Shown in pieces: positions 8,541 through 18,134 of a stretch of DNA of 64,000 nt (position 1 is its first letter; the number at the start of each line of letters is the position of its first letter). Position numbers and translations under genes: made by a program. Source of the stretch: Elusimicrobiales bacterium. GTDB lineage: Bacteria > Elusimicrobiota > Elusimicrobia > Elusimicrobiales > UBA9959. Under the pieces are notes generated by a model. That model saw only the letters and a program-made list of their open reading frames with translations. It was not told where the DNA came from and searched no databases. The stretch covers positions 1,099-65,098 of the forward strand of contig DAOPZW010000001.1 of assembly GCA_035353595.1 (NCBI GenBank), read 5' to 3'.

Positions 8541-8835
8541 ATACTTATTGTACCAGATATTGTACCACTTGGCAAGGGGGGGGGGCTGTGGTGGCATTGT
8601 AAACCAGGATGAATAACTGTAATGCGGAATTAACAATAGCGGATGACAGGGATTCGCCGCGCGGTGTCGTGGAAGTAGAAGTTTTGCGACACTCGAAGAA
8701 AGAACGGGGAAATCCCACGACGAGAAAAGACAAGACGGGGGTGGACTTTTGCGACACTGAGGGAGGGTTGGGATAATTGGGGGAGTATTTTCGTGTCTGC
8801 CTATGGAAAATGGCGACTTCAGAAGAGGCTGCGGG

Positions 8836-9570
8836 TCAGAGGGAGAAACCAAAGAGCTTATCACTGAAGATGTTTAGGGAAACAAACAGATTCATATAGG
8901 CGTGAATTAAAATAACGGTTGAAAGTTTTTTCCCCTTCTCGTACGCAAAGCACATAAAAAAACCGATTAACATAGGATCGAGAAAGTCTTTGCCGTGTAA
9001 AAGTCCGAACAAGGCCCCATTAAGAAAAACAGCGGCAGCAAAGGGCAATTTCTTGCGCATGGCCACGTAAAGGCCCCTCCTCATAATGAATTCCTCTATC
9101 AAGGGCGAAAAGATGCAAAGGGCAAGGAGAAATAACGGTATTCTTGCTGGTGACGCCCGCAGAGCCGTTATAAACGAATCCGCAATCGCCGGGTTGTGTG
9201 TCTGGTCGTTCCAGAACAAAAGCATGTTCGACCACGGAAGGTCTATCGCCGCAAGAGCAATAGCAATAATCGCATCCGAAACATAAAGCAGGCACATTAA
9301 GACCACCCAATACTTCAAAGCCGGCTTGAATTCTGTTGTTATACCACTGAAATACTCACAAACATCTTTATACCCATAACCGAGTTTTTTAACATAGGGG
9401 TATATAGCAACCAAAGACCCAATACCCGTCATTACCAACTGTATTTCTTGATTCTTCAAGATAGGGAAGATCTTGCCCGGCAGGATTGCAAATAAAATAT
9501 AGGAAAGAAAGACTCTTCCAACCATCCATGTCAAATCCTTAAAATTCAAACTCTTTTTTTCAGTAATCAT
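8836..9570 (-). CDS. CPBP-family intramembrane glutamic endopeptidase (CAAX protease/bacteriocin-immunity type)
   Basis: Polytopic. Motif 1 'EEFIMRRGLY', motif 2 'FGLLHG', motif 3 'HAYMNL'. Confidence 0.75.
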   Translation of the reverse strand: MITEKKSLNFKDLTWMVGRVFLSYILFAILPGKIFPILKNQEIQLVMTGIGSLVAIYPYVKKLGYGYKDVCEYFSGITTEFKPALKYWVVLMCLLYVSDAIIAIALAAIDLPWSNMLLFWNDQTHNPAIADSFITALRASPARIPLFLLALCIFSPLIEEFIMRRGLYVAMRKKLPFAAAVFLNGALFGLLHGKDFLDPMLIGFFMCFAYEKGKKLSTVILIHAYMNLFVSLNIFSDKLFGFSL

Positions 9571-9654
9571 CTAAGTATTGATAATAACAGTTTCCTACTA
9601 CATCGGACTAGCCTATGGTTGTGTCGTAACAGCGACTATTCCTTTAGAATATAT

Positions 9655-9683
9655 CTGCCGCCCCAAGACTTATGGGGCGGCAG
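9655..9683 (-). terminator. Stem-loop terminator after the 9697..10347 gene
   Basis: Perfect 10-bp stem CTGCCGCCCC/GGGGCGGCAG with a 9-nt loop, 14 nt past the stop. The downstream tract on the minus strand is A/T-rich (ATATATTCT), a weak U-run. Confidence 0.5.
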
Positions 9684-9696
9684 ACTGGTTTACTGT

Positions 9697-10347
9697 TTAT
9701 TTCCGAACAGGAGGATTAATCGGCAGGGGATGAAGCGCGGCACCGCCGCCACCGCCGCTGCCACCACCACCACTATTGCTCGGTGGTGTCGGAGTAGGTT
9801 CGTATTCCGAACAGACTTTGACTACTTGATCTATAAAATGGTCTACAACCCAGGTGGCGACCGTTGTGAGAATCCATGTAACACATTTACCTTTGGTAGC
9901 ACCATTAGCAGAAAGATTATAACGAATCGTGTTCAGTAGTATTTCATTGTCAATAGTGTTTAAGGTTTCCCCATCCTTCATTATTAGTATTTGGTTAGGC
10001 AATTTTAAAGTAATGATTACCCCTTCAATCTTTAGGTTTTTTTCAATGCTATCATCATGCAATCTTTGTGTATTGTATGAAGCTACAATATCTTTTATTA
10101 ACTGCTGTTTGCTTCTCATGGGGCTTTCTTTTGTGCCTGGCTCTACTTTGTTTGTTTCAAGGAAGGCGGATACGGTGGGAATTGGCAATGCCACCGTCTC
10201 GAAATCAGATAAAGCTTTCTTGAAGCCATCTAAAGATGATGTCAGATTGCCTCCCCTGTCAAAGTCAATTTGCATTTCCTCGGCCCTGGCCATCGAGGCC
10301 GCCGTCATCACCGCGAAGATCGCTATCAGTATGCTGGTCTTTTTCAT
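9697..10347 (-). CDS. Secreted protein with Gly-rich C-terminal tail, unknown function
   Basis: 216 aa. Signal peptide MKKTSILIAIFAVMTAASMARA. C-terminus 'PTPTPPSNSGGGGSGGGGG'. AGGAG RBS. Sits directly downstream of a sigma-54 promoter. Confidence 0.6.
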   Translation of the reverse strand: MKKTSILIAIFAVMTAASMARAEEMQIDFDRGGNLTSSLDGFKKALSDFETVALPIPTVSAFLETNKVEPGTKESPMRSKQQLIKDIVASYNTQRLHDDSIEKNLKIEGVIITLKLPNQILIMKDGETLNTIDNEILLNTIRYNLSANGATKGKCVTWILTTVATWVVDHFIDQVVKVCSEYEPTPTPPSNSGGGGSGGGGGAALHPLPINPPVRK

Positions 10348-10396
10348 AATTCTCTTATCTCCTAACCTTTAGATTTTGTGCCGTCACCTTTGTATA

Positions 10397-10412
10397 GGCA
10401 ATATTTATGCCA
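10397..10412 (-). promoter_or_regulatory. Sigma-54 (-24/-12) promoter TGGCAT-AAATA-TTGCC (minus strand)
   Basis: The reverse complement of GGCAATATTTATGCCA matches the consensus spacing. Lies ~50 nt upstream of the ATG at 10347. Confidence 0.7.
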
Positions 10413-10525
10413 AACCCCTGATTCGCTGTGCCTGGGCGGGTGTAATATCATGGTTATCGTCGGAGGAGTTCTTGTTATGGCGCGGCTTCATAGGGAGCTT
10501 TCAAAACACGGGGGCAGGGAATTCA

Positions 10526-10561
10526 GTCCCGTACCGGAACGATATCGTTCCGGTATGGGAC
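10526..10561. promoter_or_regulatory. 36-bp palindrome GTCCCGTACCGGAACGAT|ATCGTTCCGGTATGGGAC
   Basis: 18-bp arms with 1 mismatch. Lies ~115-150 bp upstream of the minus-strand sigma-54 promoter and ~50 bp upstream of the EBP2 start. Candidate activator or operator site. Confidence 0.5.
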
Positions 10562-10609
10562 TATTCCGCCGGATTTTGGTATCATTCTGGATACCGAACA
10601 AGGGGACTT

Positions 10610-11953
10610 ATGCAAAAACTGAAGATACTGGTTATTGAGGATGACAGCCTGGCGCGCGAGGTGATGGCCGAGAACTTGGCCGGCCATGCGGTGGACTTTG
10701 CCGCGGATAAGGCCGCGGCCGAGCGCAGGCTGAAGGCCGGGGATTACGATATCTGTTTTGTGGATCTGCTTCTGGGCGTGGACGATGACTATTCCGGGCT
10801 GAAGTTGATTCCATTGGCGGCGGCTAAGAAAATATACACGGTGGTGATGTCGGGTTGCGATACCGAGGACACCATAAGCCGCGCCTATGCGCTGGGTTGC
10901 AGCGAGTTCTACGTCAAAGGCAATGAGGTGGCCAATATCCCGGCCATCATAGTCCGGTATCTGCAGGGTGACGGGGGGAAGAAAGCGCAGGAAATCTTCG
11001 CCGGGGATTTTATTACCCACGACCCAGAGACACGCGGGCTGGTGACGGAGGCGCTTAAATATGCCGCCACGAGCCTGCCGTTGATGATATTGGGGCCCTC
11101 GGGGACGGGCAAGACTACGCTAGCACAGTTATTGCACGACCATTCCGGCCGGGAAGGGGATTTTGTGGCGATGAACTGTTCGGCCTATACAGAGGATCTG
11201 CTGGAGGCCGAGCTGTTCGGCTATAAGCGCGGAGCGTTCACCGGCGCGCACGAAAACCGCAAAGGGAAACTGGCCCAGGCGGACAAGGGCACGCTGTTCC
11301 TGGACGAGATAGGCGCCATGAGCCAGAATATGCAGGTAAAGCTGCTCAAAGCCATAGAAGAGAAGCGTTTTTCTCCGCTGGGTTCGGACAAGCCCGAGTA
11401 TTCCGACTTCCGTGTGATGAGCGCGACGCTGGAGGACGTGCAGAAGCTGCTTGCCGAGAAACAACTGCGGTTCGATTTCTTCCAGCGCGTGCACGGCATG
11501 ACGATAACGCTTAAACCTCTGGCGCAGAGGAAATGCGACATTTTCCCTCTGATGCAGGCTTTGACCAGAAAGGGGAAGCGGCTGGCCTTCGAGCCCGAGG
11601 CCAGGGAGTACGTGCTGGCGCATAACTGGCCAGGCAATACGCGGGAGCTAAAACGCTTTGTGGAGCTAGTAAGCGCCGGCACGCATGGACAGGTAACGCT
11701 GGAGACCGCGCGCCGGCATATTACGCCCGCCGCGCCGGCTACGGCGGCCACCGGGGCGGCGGCGGGGGAATACTATGATTATGCGCTTAAACACGGCTTG
11801 GCGGCCGCGGTGGACCGCCTTACGGGGGAACTGGTAAACCGCAGCCTGGACGAGAACGGCGGCAAGAGGGCAGCAGTCCTGGCGCAGCTTAAGATCTCAA
11901 AGCGTCTTTTGTATGGTACGCTGTCGAAAACGCGCGGACCGGAGGGAAAATAA
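10610..11953 (+). CDS. Sigma-54-dependent response regulator, paralogue of 1781..3127 ('EBP2')
   Basis: Starts MQKLKILVIEDD (AAGGGGA RBS). 'GPSGTGKT', 'GAFTGA', 'WPGNTRELK', C-terminal HTH. Long identical runs with EBP1, for example DLLEAELFGYK, GTLFLDEIGAMS, ITLKPLA, CDIFPL. Confidence 0.92.
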   Translation: MQKLKILVIEDDSLAREVMAENLAGHAVDFAADKAAAERRLKAGDYDICFVDLLLGVDDDYSGLKLIPLAAAKKIYTVVMSGCDTEDTISRAYALGCSEFYVKGNEVANIPAIIVRYLQGDGGKKAQEIFAGDFITHDPETRGLVTEALKYAATSLPLMILGPSGTGKTTLAQLLHDHSGREGDFVAMNCSAYTEDLLEAELFGYKRGAFTGAHENRKGKLAQADKGTLFLDEIGAMSQNMQVKLLKAIEEKRFSPLGSDKPEYSDFRVMSATLEDVQKLLAEKQLRFDFFQRVHGMTITLKPLAQRKCDIFPLMQALTRKGKRLAFEPEAREYVLAHNWPGNTRELKRFVELVSAGTHGQVTLETARRHITPAAPATAATGAAAGEYYDYALKHGLAAAVDRLTGELVNRSLDENGGKRAAVLAQLKISKRLLYGTLSKTRGPEGK

Positions 11954-11954
11954 C

Positions 11955-12137
11955 ATGGCCGACATCGAGAAGATCTATCACAATATAAAGTCCAAGGCGG
12001 TAAACCTTAAAGCGGCGGCTGAGCAACTGGATAAATATCCGCAGGATAAGCGCGATAAATTTATACCGCTCATGCGTGAGGCGGCGCAGGACATTATAAG
12101 ACTGTTGGGTGAGCTGGAGGCGCAGCCCCGGAAGTAA
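11955..12137 (+). CDS. 60-aa helical His-containing protein (mini HPt-like), paralogue of 1592..1771
   Basis: MADIEKIYHNIKSKAVNLKAAAEQLDKYPQDKRDKFIPLMREAAQDIIRLLGELEAQPRK. ATG is 2 nt after the EBP2 stop, with GGAGGG upstream. Shares H-x-[LI]-[RK]-S-K-x3-L-K-x-AAE and the ...LM+-AA--I---L-ELEA pattern with the 1592..1771 product. Confidence 0.7.
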   Translation: MADIEKIYHNIKSKAVNLKAAAEQLDKYPQDKRDKFIPLMREAAQDIIRLLGELEAQPRK

Positions 12138-12156
12138 TTCCTGTTCGGCCCGGCGA

Positions 12157-14289
12157 TTAACTTTCTGACTTCACGCCCCAGGGGGCTTCTTTGGTAACCA
12201 CCCGCAGCCAGGGAAGGTGGGCGAATCTTTGCGGCGGGTGGCCGGTGGCCAGGGAAATATTGGTGTAACCTTTCTCTTTGAGCTCGACGGCTATGTTTTC
12301 ACCTTTTATGTTGTCGCCGAGCTCGGAATCTATATAAAGTGGAATATCTTTGGGGAAGTCGCCCAGGCTTGCCAAGAACTCGGCCGGGTTGGTAAACGCC
12401 TTGAGTTCGATGCCGTTTTCCTGGGCGGCCCATTCCCAGTTCATATGCGTGATGGCGTCGTCGTCCAGCAGGACCGCCCGCGTAGGCGGGGCGGCGGCTA
12501 CCGAAACAGGCACAAAACCGGACAAGCTTTTGGGGATCATCCGCACTTTAAGCCGGGCGCATTCCTCAATTATCCGTTTTTCTTCGCAGCGGCTGGTGAC
12601 CAGTATTGTCTGGCCGCAAAGGCCGAGCTCTTCGGCCAGGCCTAAGCCGGTTTCTTTATAGCCCGCAAGCTCATAGTCGAAAAGACAGACGGCGCTTTCG
12701 GCTTTTGCTGAATTGTCTTTAATCCAGGAGCGTAATTTATCAGGCTCGCAGAAATGGAGAATTTCAATATCATATTCTTTGACGCGGGCGGATTCGAACC
12801 AGCCGCGCCAGATCTGGTGGATGCCGGGGTCGTCATCAAGTACTACTACCGGGCGGCCGGGGGGAAGTGCTAGCGCTGACACGAAACCGGCCGGGGCCGC
12901 AGCCTTGGGCAGTTTTATGGTGACTGTGGTACCTTTGCCGGGCGTTGAAGCGATTGCCAGGCTGCCGCCCCAGCTTTCCGCGGTGGACCTGGCGTGGAAC
13001 AGGCCGAGGCCCGAGCCGCCGGCTTTGCCGTGGGTTTCGCCCTTTTGCCCGAGCTTTGTCAGGATCTCGGGCGGTATGCCTTTGCCTGTGTCCGATACCG
13101 TCAGAACAACTTTTTCATCTTCATGTGTTAACTTCACGTCCACCGCACCTTTATCCCCCAAGGCCTCGACGGCATTATTGACCAGGTTGGAGATCATGCG
13201 CCGGAATTCGATCGGCTGGAGCCTGGCGAACAGGCCGTAGGATTCCCGTGTTAATTCAAAATCAATATTGATGCCGGGCTTTGATCCGAATTGCAGGCGC
13301 TTTTCCGTGACGACCGGATCTATGAGGCTTGAGAGCAGGCGAACTTCCGGAGGCTCGCCGGCGACATGGCCGCCGGCGGCTCTGCCGGCTACAGCGCTTG
13401 GCTGCTGCCGGTTCTTTTCGAGAAGGTTGTTGGCTATGTCGCGTATACGATTGACCGCGTGGCGCACCATAATGCGCTGCTTCTCTGGGAGTTGTTCTGT
13501 GTTCTTGAGCGCGGCGTCCAGAGCTACCAGAGGGGAGCGGATATCGTGGGCGACCTGGGCGGCCATATTGGAAACGGCCTTGCTTACGGCAAGCTCGCTT
13601 TCAAGGCGCGCGGCCAGCCCCAGCGCGTCGCTCATGCGGTTGGTCATCTGGGCGAAAGGCACGCCTATAATATCCGCCGGGAGAGTTTCTATATGGCACT
13701 TTATCGAATCGCGGATAATGTCGCTCCGGCCGGACCCGGCTATGGCGTTTATCTCGTTGATGGAGCGCTCGATGGCCAGCAGCGTCCGCATAGCGCCCAG
13801 GTTGGAAATTATCAGCAGCCCCAGGAAGAAGAATACCACGGTGATGAACAGAATGTAATTCTGCCCGAACGCCACGGCGTTAACGTCCACAAGGTCTATG
13901 ACATATTCAAGCCGGCCAAGCTCCGCGCCGTTAGAGATGAATGGGACATTGTGTGTTATCTGGGCGCGAGACCTGTCGTAAAGGTTGCCGACTATGGCCT
14001 CTTTAAAGATCCACCGGCTGCCCTCGAACCCTACCGGGTGGAAAGTGATGCGCTTGATGTTGTCGTTCTTGATGCGCCACATGATGCGTTGCGTCTCGAA
14101 GACGTCACCATCAAGAAAAGCCTTCTCGAAGTAAGCTGCGTTCTGACGCATGGCGGTCAGCAGCTTGTCGTTCGCCACACGCACTGCGGAGAAGGCCGAG
14201 AACGCCTGCCAGAAAGCGACAAAGACCAGCACCGACACTACGTAGTGCCGCCAATTGTAGGCAAGAATGCGGGCAAAAAGTCTTACCAT
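12157..14289 (-). CDS. Hybrid sensor histidine kinase (2 TM, HisKA, HATPase_c, two C-terminal receiver domains)
   Basis: H-box 'AHDIRSPLVAL'. N/G boxes 'NLVNNAVEA', 'DTGKGIPPE', 'GGSGLGLFHA'. REC1 'VVVLDDDPG...CLFDYEL...ILVTS...MIPK'. REC2 'AVLLDDDA...LYIDSEL...SLATG...VVTK'. Confidence 0.88.
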   Translation of the reverse strand: MVRLFARILAYNWRHYVVSVLVFVAFWQAFSAFSAVRVANDKLLTAMRQNAAYFEKAFLDGDVFETQRIMWRIKNDNIKRITFHPVGFEGSRWIFKEAIVGNLYDRSRAQITHNVPFISNGAELGRLEYVIDLVDVNAVAFGQNYILFITVVFFFLGLLIISNLGAMRTLLAIERSINEINAIAGSGRSDIIRDSIKCHIETLPADIIGVPFAQMTNRMSDALGLAARLESELAVSKAVSNMAAQVAHDIRSPLVALDAALKNTEQLPEKQRIMVRHAVNRIRDIANNLLEKNRQQPSAVAGRAAGGHVAGEPPEVRLLSSLIDPVVTEKRLQFGSKPGINIDFELTRESYGLFARLQPIEFRRMISNLVNNAVEALGDKGAVDVKLTHEDEKVVLTVSDTGKGIPPEILTKLGQKGETHGKAGGSGLGLFHARSTAESWGGSLAIASTPGKGTTVTIKLPKAAAPAGFVSALALPPGRPVVVLDDDPGIHQIWRGWFESARVKEYDIEILHFCEPDKLRSWIKDNSAKAESAVCLFDYELAGYKETGLGLAEELGLCGQTILVTSRCEEKRIIEECARLKVRMIPKSLSGFVPVSVAAAPPTRAVLLDDDAITHMNWEWAAQENGIELKAFTNPAEFLASLGDFPKDIPLYIDSELGDNIKGENIAVELKEKGYTNISLATGHPPQRFAHLPWLRVVTKEAPWGVKSES

Positions 14290-15696
14290 CTAAAATTCGC
14301 CACCTCGGGGTATTCCATTAGTTCGCTACCGACAACAAGATTTTTTATTTCCCTGGGATAATAAACTGTGTCATTCCCCTGATAAAGAGCAAGGGCGGCA
14401 TAATGCTTGGAAAGTTTATTCGCGATTTCCTCAGCCAGCCGCCGGCGCGGTTCCCGGGAGTCTTCATTTAAAAGCTCTGTATATTCAGCATTCAGGCCCG
14501 CAACATTATAATCCAGATAACTGCCTTTTCCAGTGAATGATGAAAGGAAGTCCTGCTGCTCTGCCCGCATAGCGCTGAGCATTATCACCAATAAGTCGTA
14601 TGCACGGGGTCTTTTACTGAGAGATGCCGCGAGTGTGTTTGCGTCATAGTTCACAACCTTGATATTTAGGCCTGTCCTCTTGTGGAGGATAGAGGCAAAT
14701 TCGGTAATCTGCGGAATATTATCCTTCCGCCAATTTGCAAGAATTATTGGTCTGGCGAAACTATGCTTTCCGCAGAGCGAACGGTCCTGGTAAGGAAGCC
14801 CGGCCCTGGCCCCTGGGATCCCCAACGGAAAAACCGTCTGAATATTATAAAAGGACTGTTTTTGGGGGAAGTAAGCCCGCCGGAAAGTATCAACGTCAAT
14901 GCAGTTGTACAGGACCTCTCTGATTTTTTCATCCGCTACGTTTATCAGCAGAACTTCAGATTTTAGCCCTAAATTCTCAAAACTCAGGAAGCCTTTCCTG
15001 ACATGCTCCGGGACATCGAACGGCGCGATACGGTTAAAATCTTTTACGGCTTTATTGTGCAGATTGGGATCGTTCCCCCCCTTTATAGTCGTAAAAGGCG
15101 ATTTTATTGTACCCGTGCGCCACAGGCTCCTTACGCACGAGAGTTATTTTGTCTTTGGACATTTCCGAGATCCTATACGCTCCCAGACCGAGCTGGTACG
15201 CCCCATTGTCAATGGCGGGCGCGTTTTCGTATTGAGAAAGGAAATCTAGGTAGCCACTCCGGCCCCGCTTGAAAGTTACAGCGCAACAGCTGCCGGTGTT
15301 GGTTACCGTGGCGGTTGGATCGTAGCTGGCGGTGACAGCACGTAAATAATTGTTGAAATACTCCGCGGAGAACGGGCGAGAAGTGTCGAAGTGCAGGTTG
15401 GTATCCGGGCACAGAACGTACTGTGAAGAGTCGGCGCTCCTGCTCCAGTTGCTCAGCACTTTCGTCGTGTAATTTTGCCCGTCATCTTTCCGGAAGACCG
15501 GTTCATGGGTCTGCTTCAGGATATAGTAAACACTGTTTGTAATAGTCTTCGTCGATATTCTGTCGGGTAGCGCAGAAAGCAGTGCTCCCCATACTTTTGC
15601 GTCGCTCCGGGCAACGGATAACCCCCACAGGGCCGCACACAGGACGGCAATCGCGGCGAATGCGAGTCTCGCTTTTTTATGTGGCCAGATCATCAT
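14283..15696 (-). pseudogene. Family-5 (peptide/nickel-type) periplasmic solute-binding protein, split by a frameshift in a C7 run
   Basis: ORFs 15052..15696 and 14283..14825 are the N- and C-terminal parts of one SBP. Removing one base from the C7 homopolymer (15075..15081) gives an uninterrupted ~470-aa frame, verified by hand from 15074 to 14826 with no stop. The stop overlaps the kinase start by 7 nt. Confidence 0.75.
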
Positions 15697-15717
15697 TACA
15701 AAAGGGCGATCACCAGA

Positions 15718-17154
15718 CTAGCGCGCCGGCGGTTTTTCAGCTTCACTGCAGGGGGCAAGCAGACATTTATTTGCGCGCTCCTGGAGGTTTTCGTAGTCCA
15801 CACCGCTAGCCAGAGCTTTTTCATATTCTGCACAGGCCAGCTCCCGCTCACCGAGGAGATCGCGGCAATTTCCGATATAAAAATGCGACAAGGCATCCCA
15901 GACCGGCTTCAACGAACCAGCCTGCCCCAGGATGGCGTTATTGAATTCTTCGATGGCTTTTTGATGCTTTCCGGCGGCCATATGTACGCGCCCAAGAATA
16001 TGCCAGGAATACTCGTCCGTGGGTTTGTCTGCCAAAGCGCGGAGAAGTCCTGATTCCGCCTTATCATAAATCCCGGCGTTAAAATAGCTTTCTGCCAGAT
16101 CCTTTTCCACCTGCGCTCTGGCATAGGCCTCATCGCCGCTTTTATCGCCGAACACGTACCCGCCTCCGTTCACGGGCGGCAGTGAAAAGCCACTGAACTC
16201 CGCTGCGGAAGGATATGCCTCCGTCCCTCCAGGCTGCAGGATGAAGAATTCCCGGTCCGTCCCGACAACAGAGGACTTGACCTTGATGTTTTCTCCGATG
16301 AGGCAGATAAGCCGTTTTGGATAAAGGTTGCCGAAAAACCACTCCGGGCTGACATCACCTATGCCCGCCGTCTCCCTGACCCGCCTGGCAAGGGCGCTTT
16401 CCGGTTCAAATTTGAATCTTCTGGCTAGGGTAGGGTCAACTGGGACCCAACCAAAAGGCGGAAGAAAGACCTCCGCCCATTGATGGCCGCCGTTTTTTAA
16501 CCAGTTACAGGTCACCGTCCTCGCGGGGATGCCCTGTGAGCGGCATAGAGAGATAAAAACAGCGCAGAATTCACCGCAATCGCCTTTCAACCTCTTAAGA
16601 GACTTCGATGCTCCGCGAGATTTAAAGTCTGGATATTCATAGTGGAGGTTATCCACTACCCACATAAAAATCTTTTTAGCGATAAAATATGGGTTGCGCT
16701 CCCCTCCGGCTATCTCTTGCGCTTTTGCCATAATCTCACCGGAGATATCAAGCCAGCCCTCGGATATCGTATAGCGGACATACTCGGCAGAATTTTTGTC
16801 GCACCAGGAAACACGCTTCGGGTCTATCTTAATAGACACTCCCTCGAACTCCAGGTCGAAATCATAGTAAAAGGTCGCTTGGCCGCTACCGGCCAGGCTC
16901 CCGGCTTTTGTATTCCAGATAAGGATCCGATTGCCGTTGGGCTGGTCGTCGATGATAGCCGAAGGCTGCGGCGAGAAAGTGAGATTCTCAACCCGCTGTC
17001 CCATATGGTTCATCGGTAGGGAAAAGAAAAGGGTTATCTCACCCACGCCAGTTGCTGACAATTTTAGATTGTCCACGAAATACCAATATCTACCATGAAC
17101 ACGGCAGCGTTCAGGCGCGATTTGGATGGGAGCTGTGCGGGATTCTTCAGGCAT
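15718..17154 (-). CDS. Transglutaminase-like (Cys-His-Asp) enzyme with C-terminal TPR repeats
   Basis: 'GDCGEFCAVFISLCRSQGIPARTV...GGHQWAEVFLPPFGWVPVDPT' is the transglutaminase-core triad context. The C-terminal ~120 aa is TPR-like. No signal peptide. Confidence 0.75.
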   Translation of the reverse strand: MPEESRTAPIQIAPERCRVHGRYWYFVDNLKLSATGVGEITLFFSLPMNHMGQRVENLTFSPQPSAIIDDQPNGNRILIWNTKAGSLAGSGQATFYYDFDLEFEGVSIKIDPKRVSWCDKNSAEYVRYTISEGWLDISGEIMAKAQEIAGGERNPYFIAKKIFMWVVDNLHYEYPDFKSRGASKSLKRLKGDCGEFCAVFISLCRSQGIPARTVTCNWLKNGGHQWAEVFLPPFGWVPVDPTLARRFKFEPESALARRVRETAGIGDVSPEWFFGNLYPKRLICLIGENIKVKSSVVGTDREFFILQPGGTEAYPSAAEFSGFSLPPVNGGGYVFGDKSGDEAYARAQVEKDLAESYFNAGIYDKAESGLLRALADKPTDEYSWHILGRVHMAAGKHQKAIEEFNNAILGQAGSLKPVWDALSHFYIGNCRDLLGERELACAEYEKALASGVDYENLQERANKCLLAPCSEAEKPPAR

Positions 17155-17165
17155 GTGTAAATGGA

Positions 17166-18053
17166 CTATGTTGAGAGTGCGGCCAGAGTTTTCCGACCCT
17201 TAGCTCTTAAACTGAAAAGATACTTGCACATGGCGCAAGGCGCTGAATGCTGTGGGGAGAACTTGGGGGAGGGAATCTTAAAATACTCTATCAATTCCTG
17301 GAAAGTTTTTTTGCGCATGATAGAATAGAACTCGCTGCCGAGATGTCCTGCCAACGTCGGATGCACATATCCTCTCCCATCCCCGTCCAATGCAAGATGG
17401 GAACAACATGTGGTAAAACCTTCGCCGGGAAGATAAATCAGTTTATTGTTGTTTGGGCATTTTTTCTGCAGGACGTCCGCGTCAAAGCTCGGGTAAATGT
17501 GCTGTAGTTTGTTCTTTTGCGCCGCACCTATAGGGTGTATCGGCTGAACACCGACCGGGAAGTCCCCCATCTTTTTAAGATCTTTGATAAGCAGAAGGTC
17601 CATTGGGGTCTGGACCGTCATCAAGACATTAAAGCTTCTGCCGCTCCGCCTGCATGCAGAATAAAGATTTGACAGGTTCGCCTCTTTCTGGAACGCTTTA
17701 TGGAAGCGGTCGTATGATAACTGGACGCCGGAAAGCGCCCTAAACTCGTTTAGGACCGTTAAGGCGGCCGCTTCGGTCCTGGCGAAGTGCCCGTTAGTGG
17801 TTATCTTTATTTGCGGGAAGGGCGCGTATTTGATTCCGGAGAGAATCGTGTTTATCTTGTCTATGTACAATGTCGGTTCACCGCCGACAAAAAGCAGCGA
17901 CTGGAACTGATATGTATTTATTGCTCTGATTAGAAGATGGATCTCTTCTTCGGTAAGACTTACCTGGCGCTTTTCGCTGACCCCGCAATGCGCACAGTTG
18001 AAATTACATCTATATCCTACAAGTATACTGCAGCTGGTCGGCCTATTTCGCAT
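17166..18053 (-). CDS. Radical SAM enzyme (short, with C-terminal Cys cluster)
   Basis: 'YRCNFNCAHC' is the CxxxCxxC motif. 'GGEPTL' SAM-binding motif. C-terminal Cys residues ('TTCCSH', 'CAMC') suggest an auxiliary cluster. Confidence 0.8.
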   Translation of the reverse strand: MRNRPTSCSILVGYRCNFNCAHCGVSEKRQVSLTEEEIHLLIRAINTYQFQSLLFVGGEPTLYIDKINTILSGIKYAPFPQIKITTNGHFARTEAAALTVLNEFRALSGVQLSYDRFHKAFQKEANLSNLYSACRRSGRSFNVLMTVQTPMDLLLIKDLKKMGDFPVGVQPIHPIGAAQKNKLQHIYPSFDADVLQKKCPNNNKLIYLPGEGFTTCCSHLALDGDGRGYVHPTLAGHLGSEFYSIMRKKTFQELIEYFKIPSPKFSPQHSAPCAMCKYLFSLRAKGRKTLAALST

Positions 18054-18134
18054 AAAATAGCTGGCATTACCAGGATATCGTATAAAAAGACGGCGGGGTC
18101 AGCAAGCATGGGACAGTTGATGTCTAGACCTGAG

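Noticed and set aside
10376-10609. 78-codon N-terminal extension of EBP2 in the ORF track
   Set aside because: The extension spans the sigma-54 promoter of the divergent gene and the 36-bp palindrome. Receiver-domain homology and an AAGGGGA RBS begin at 10610.
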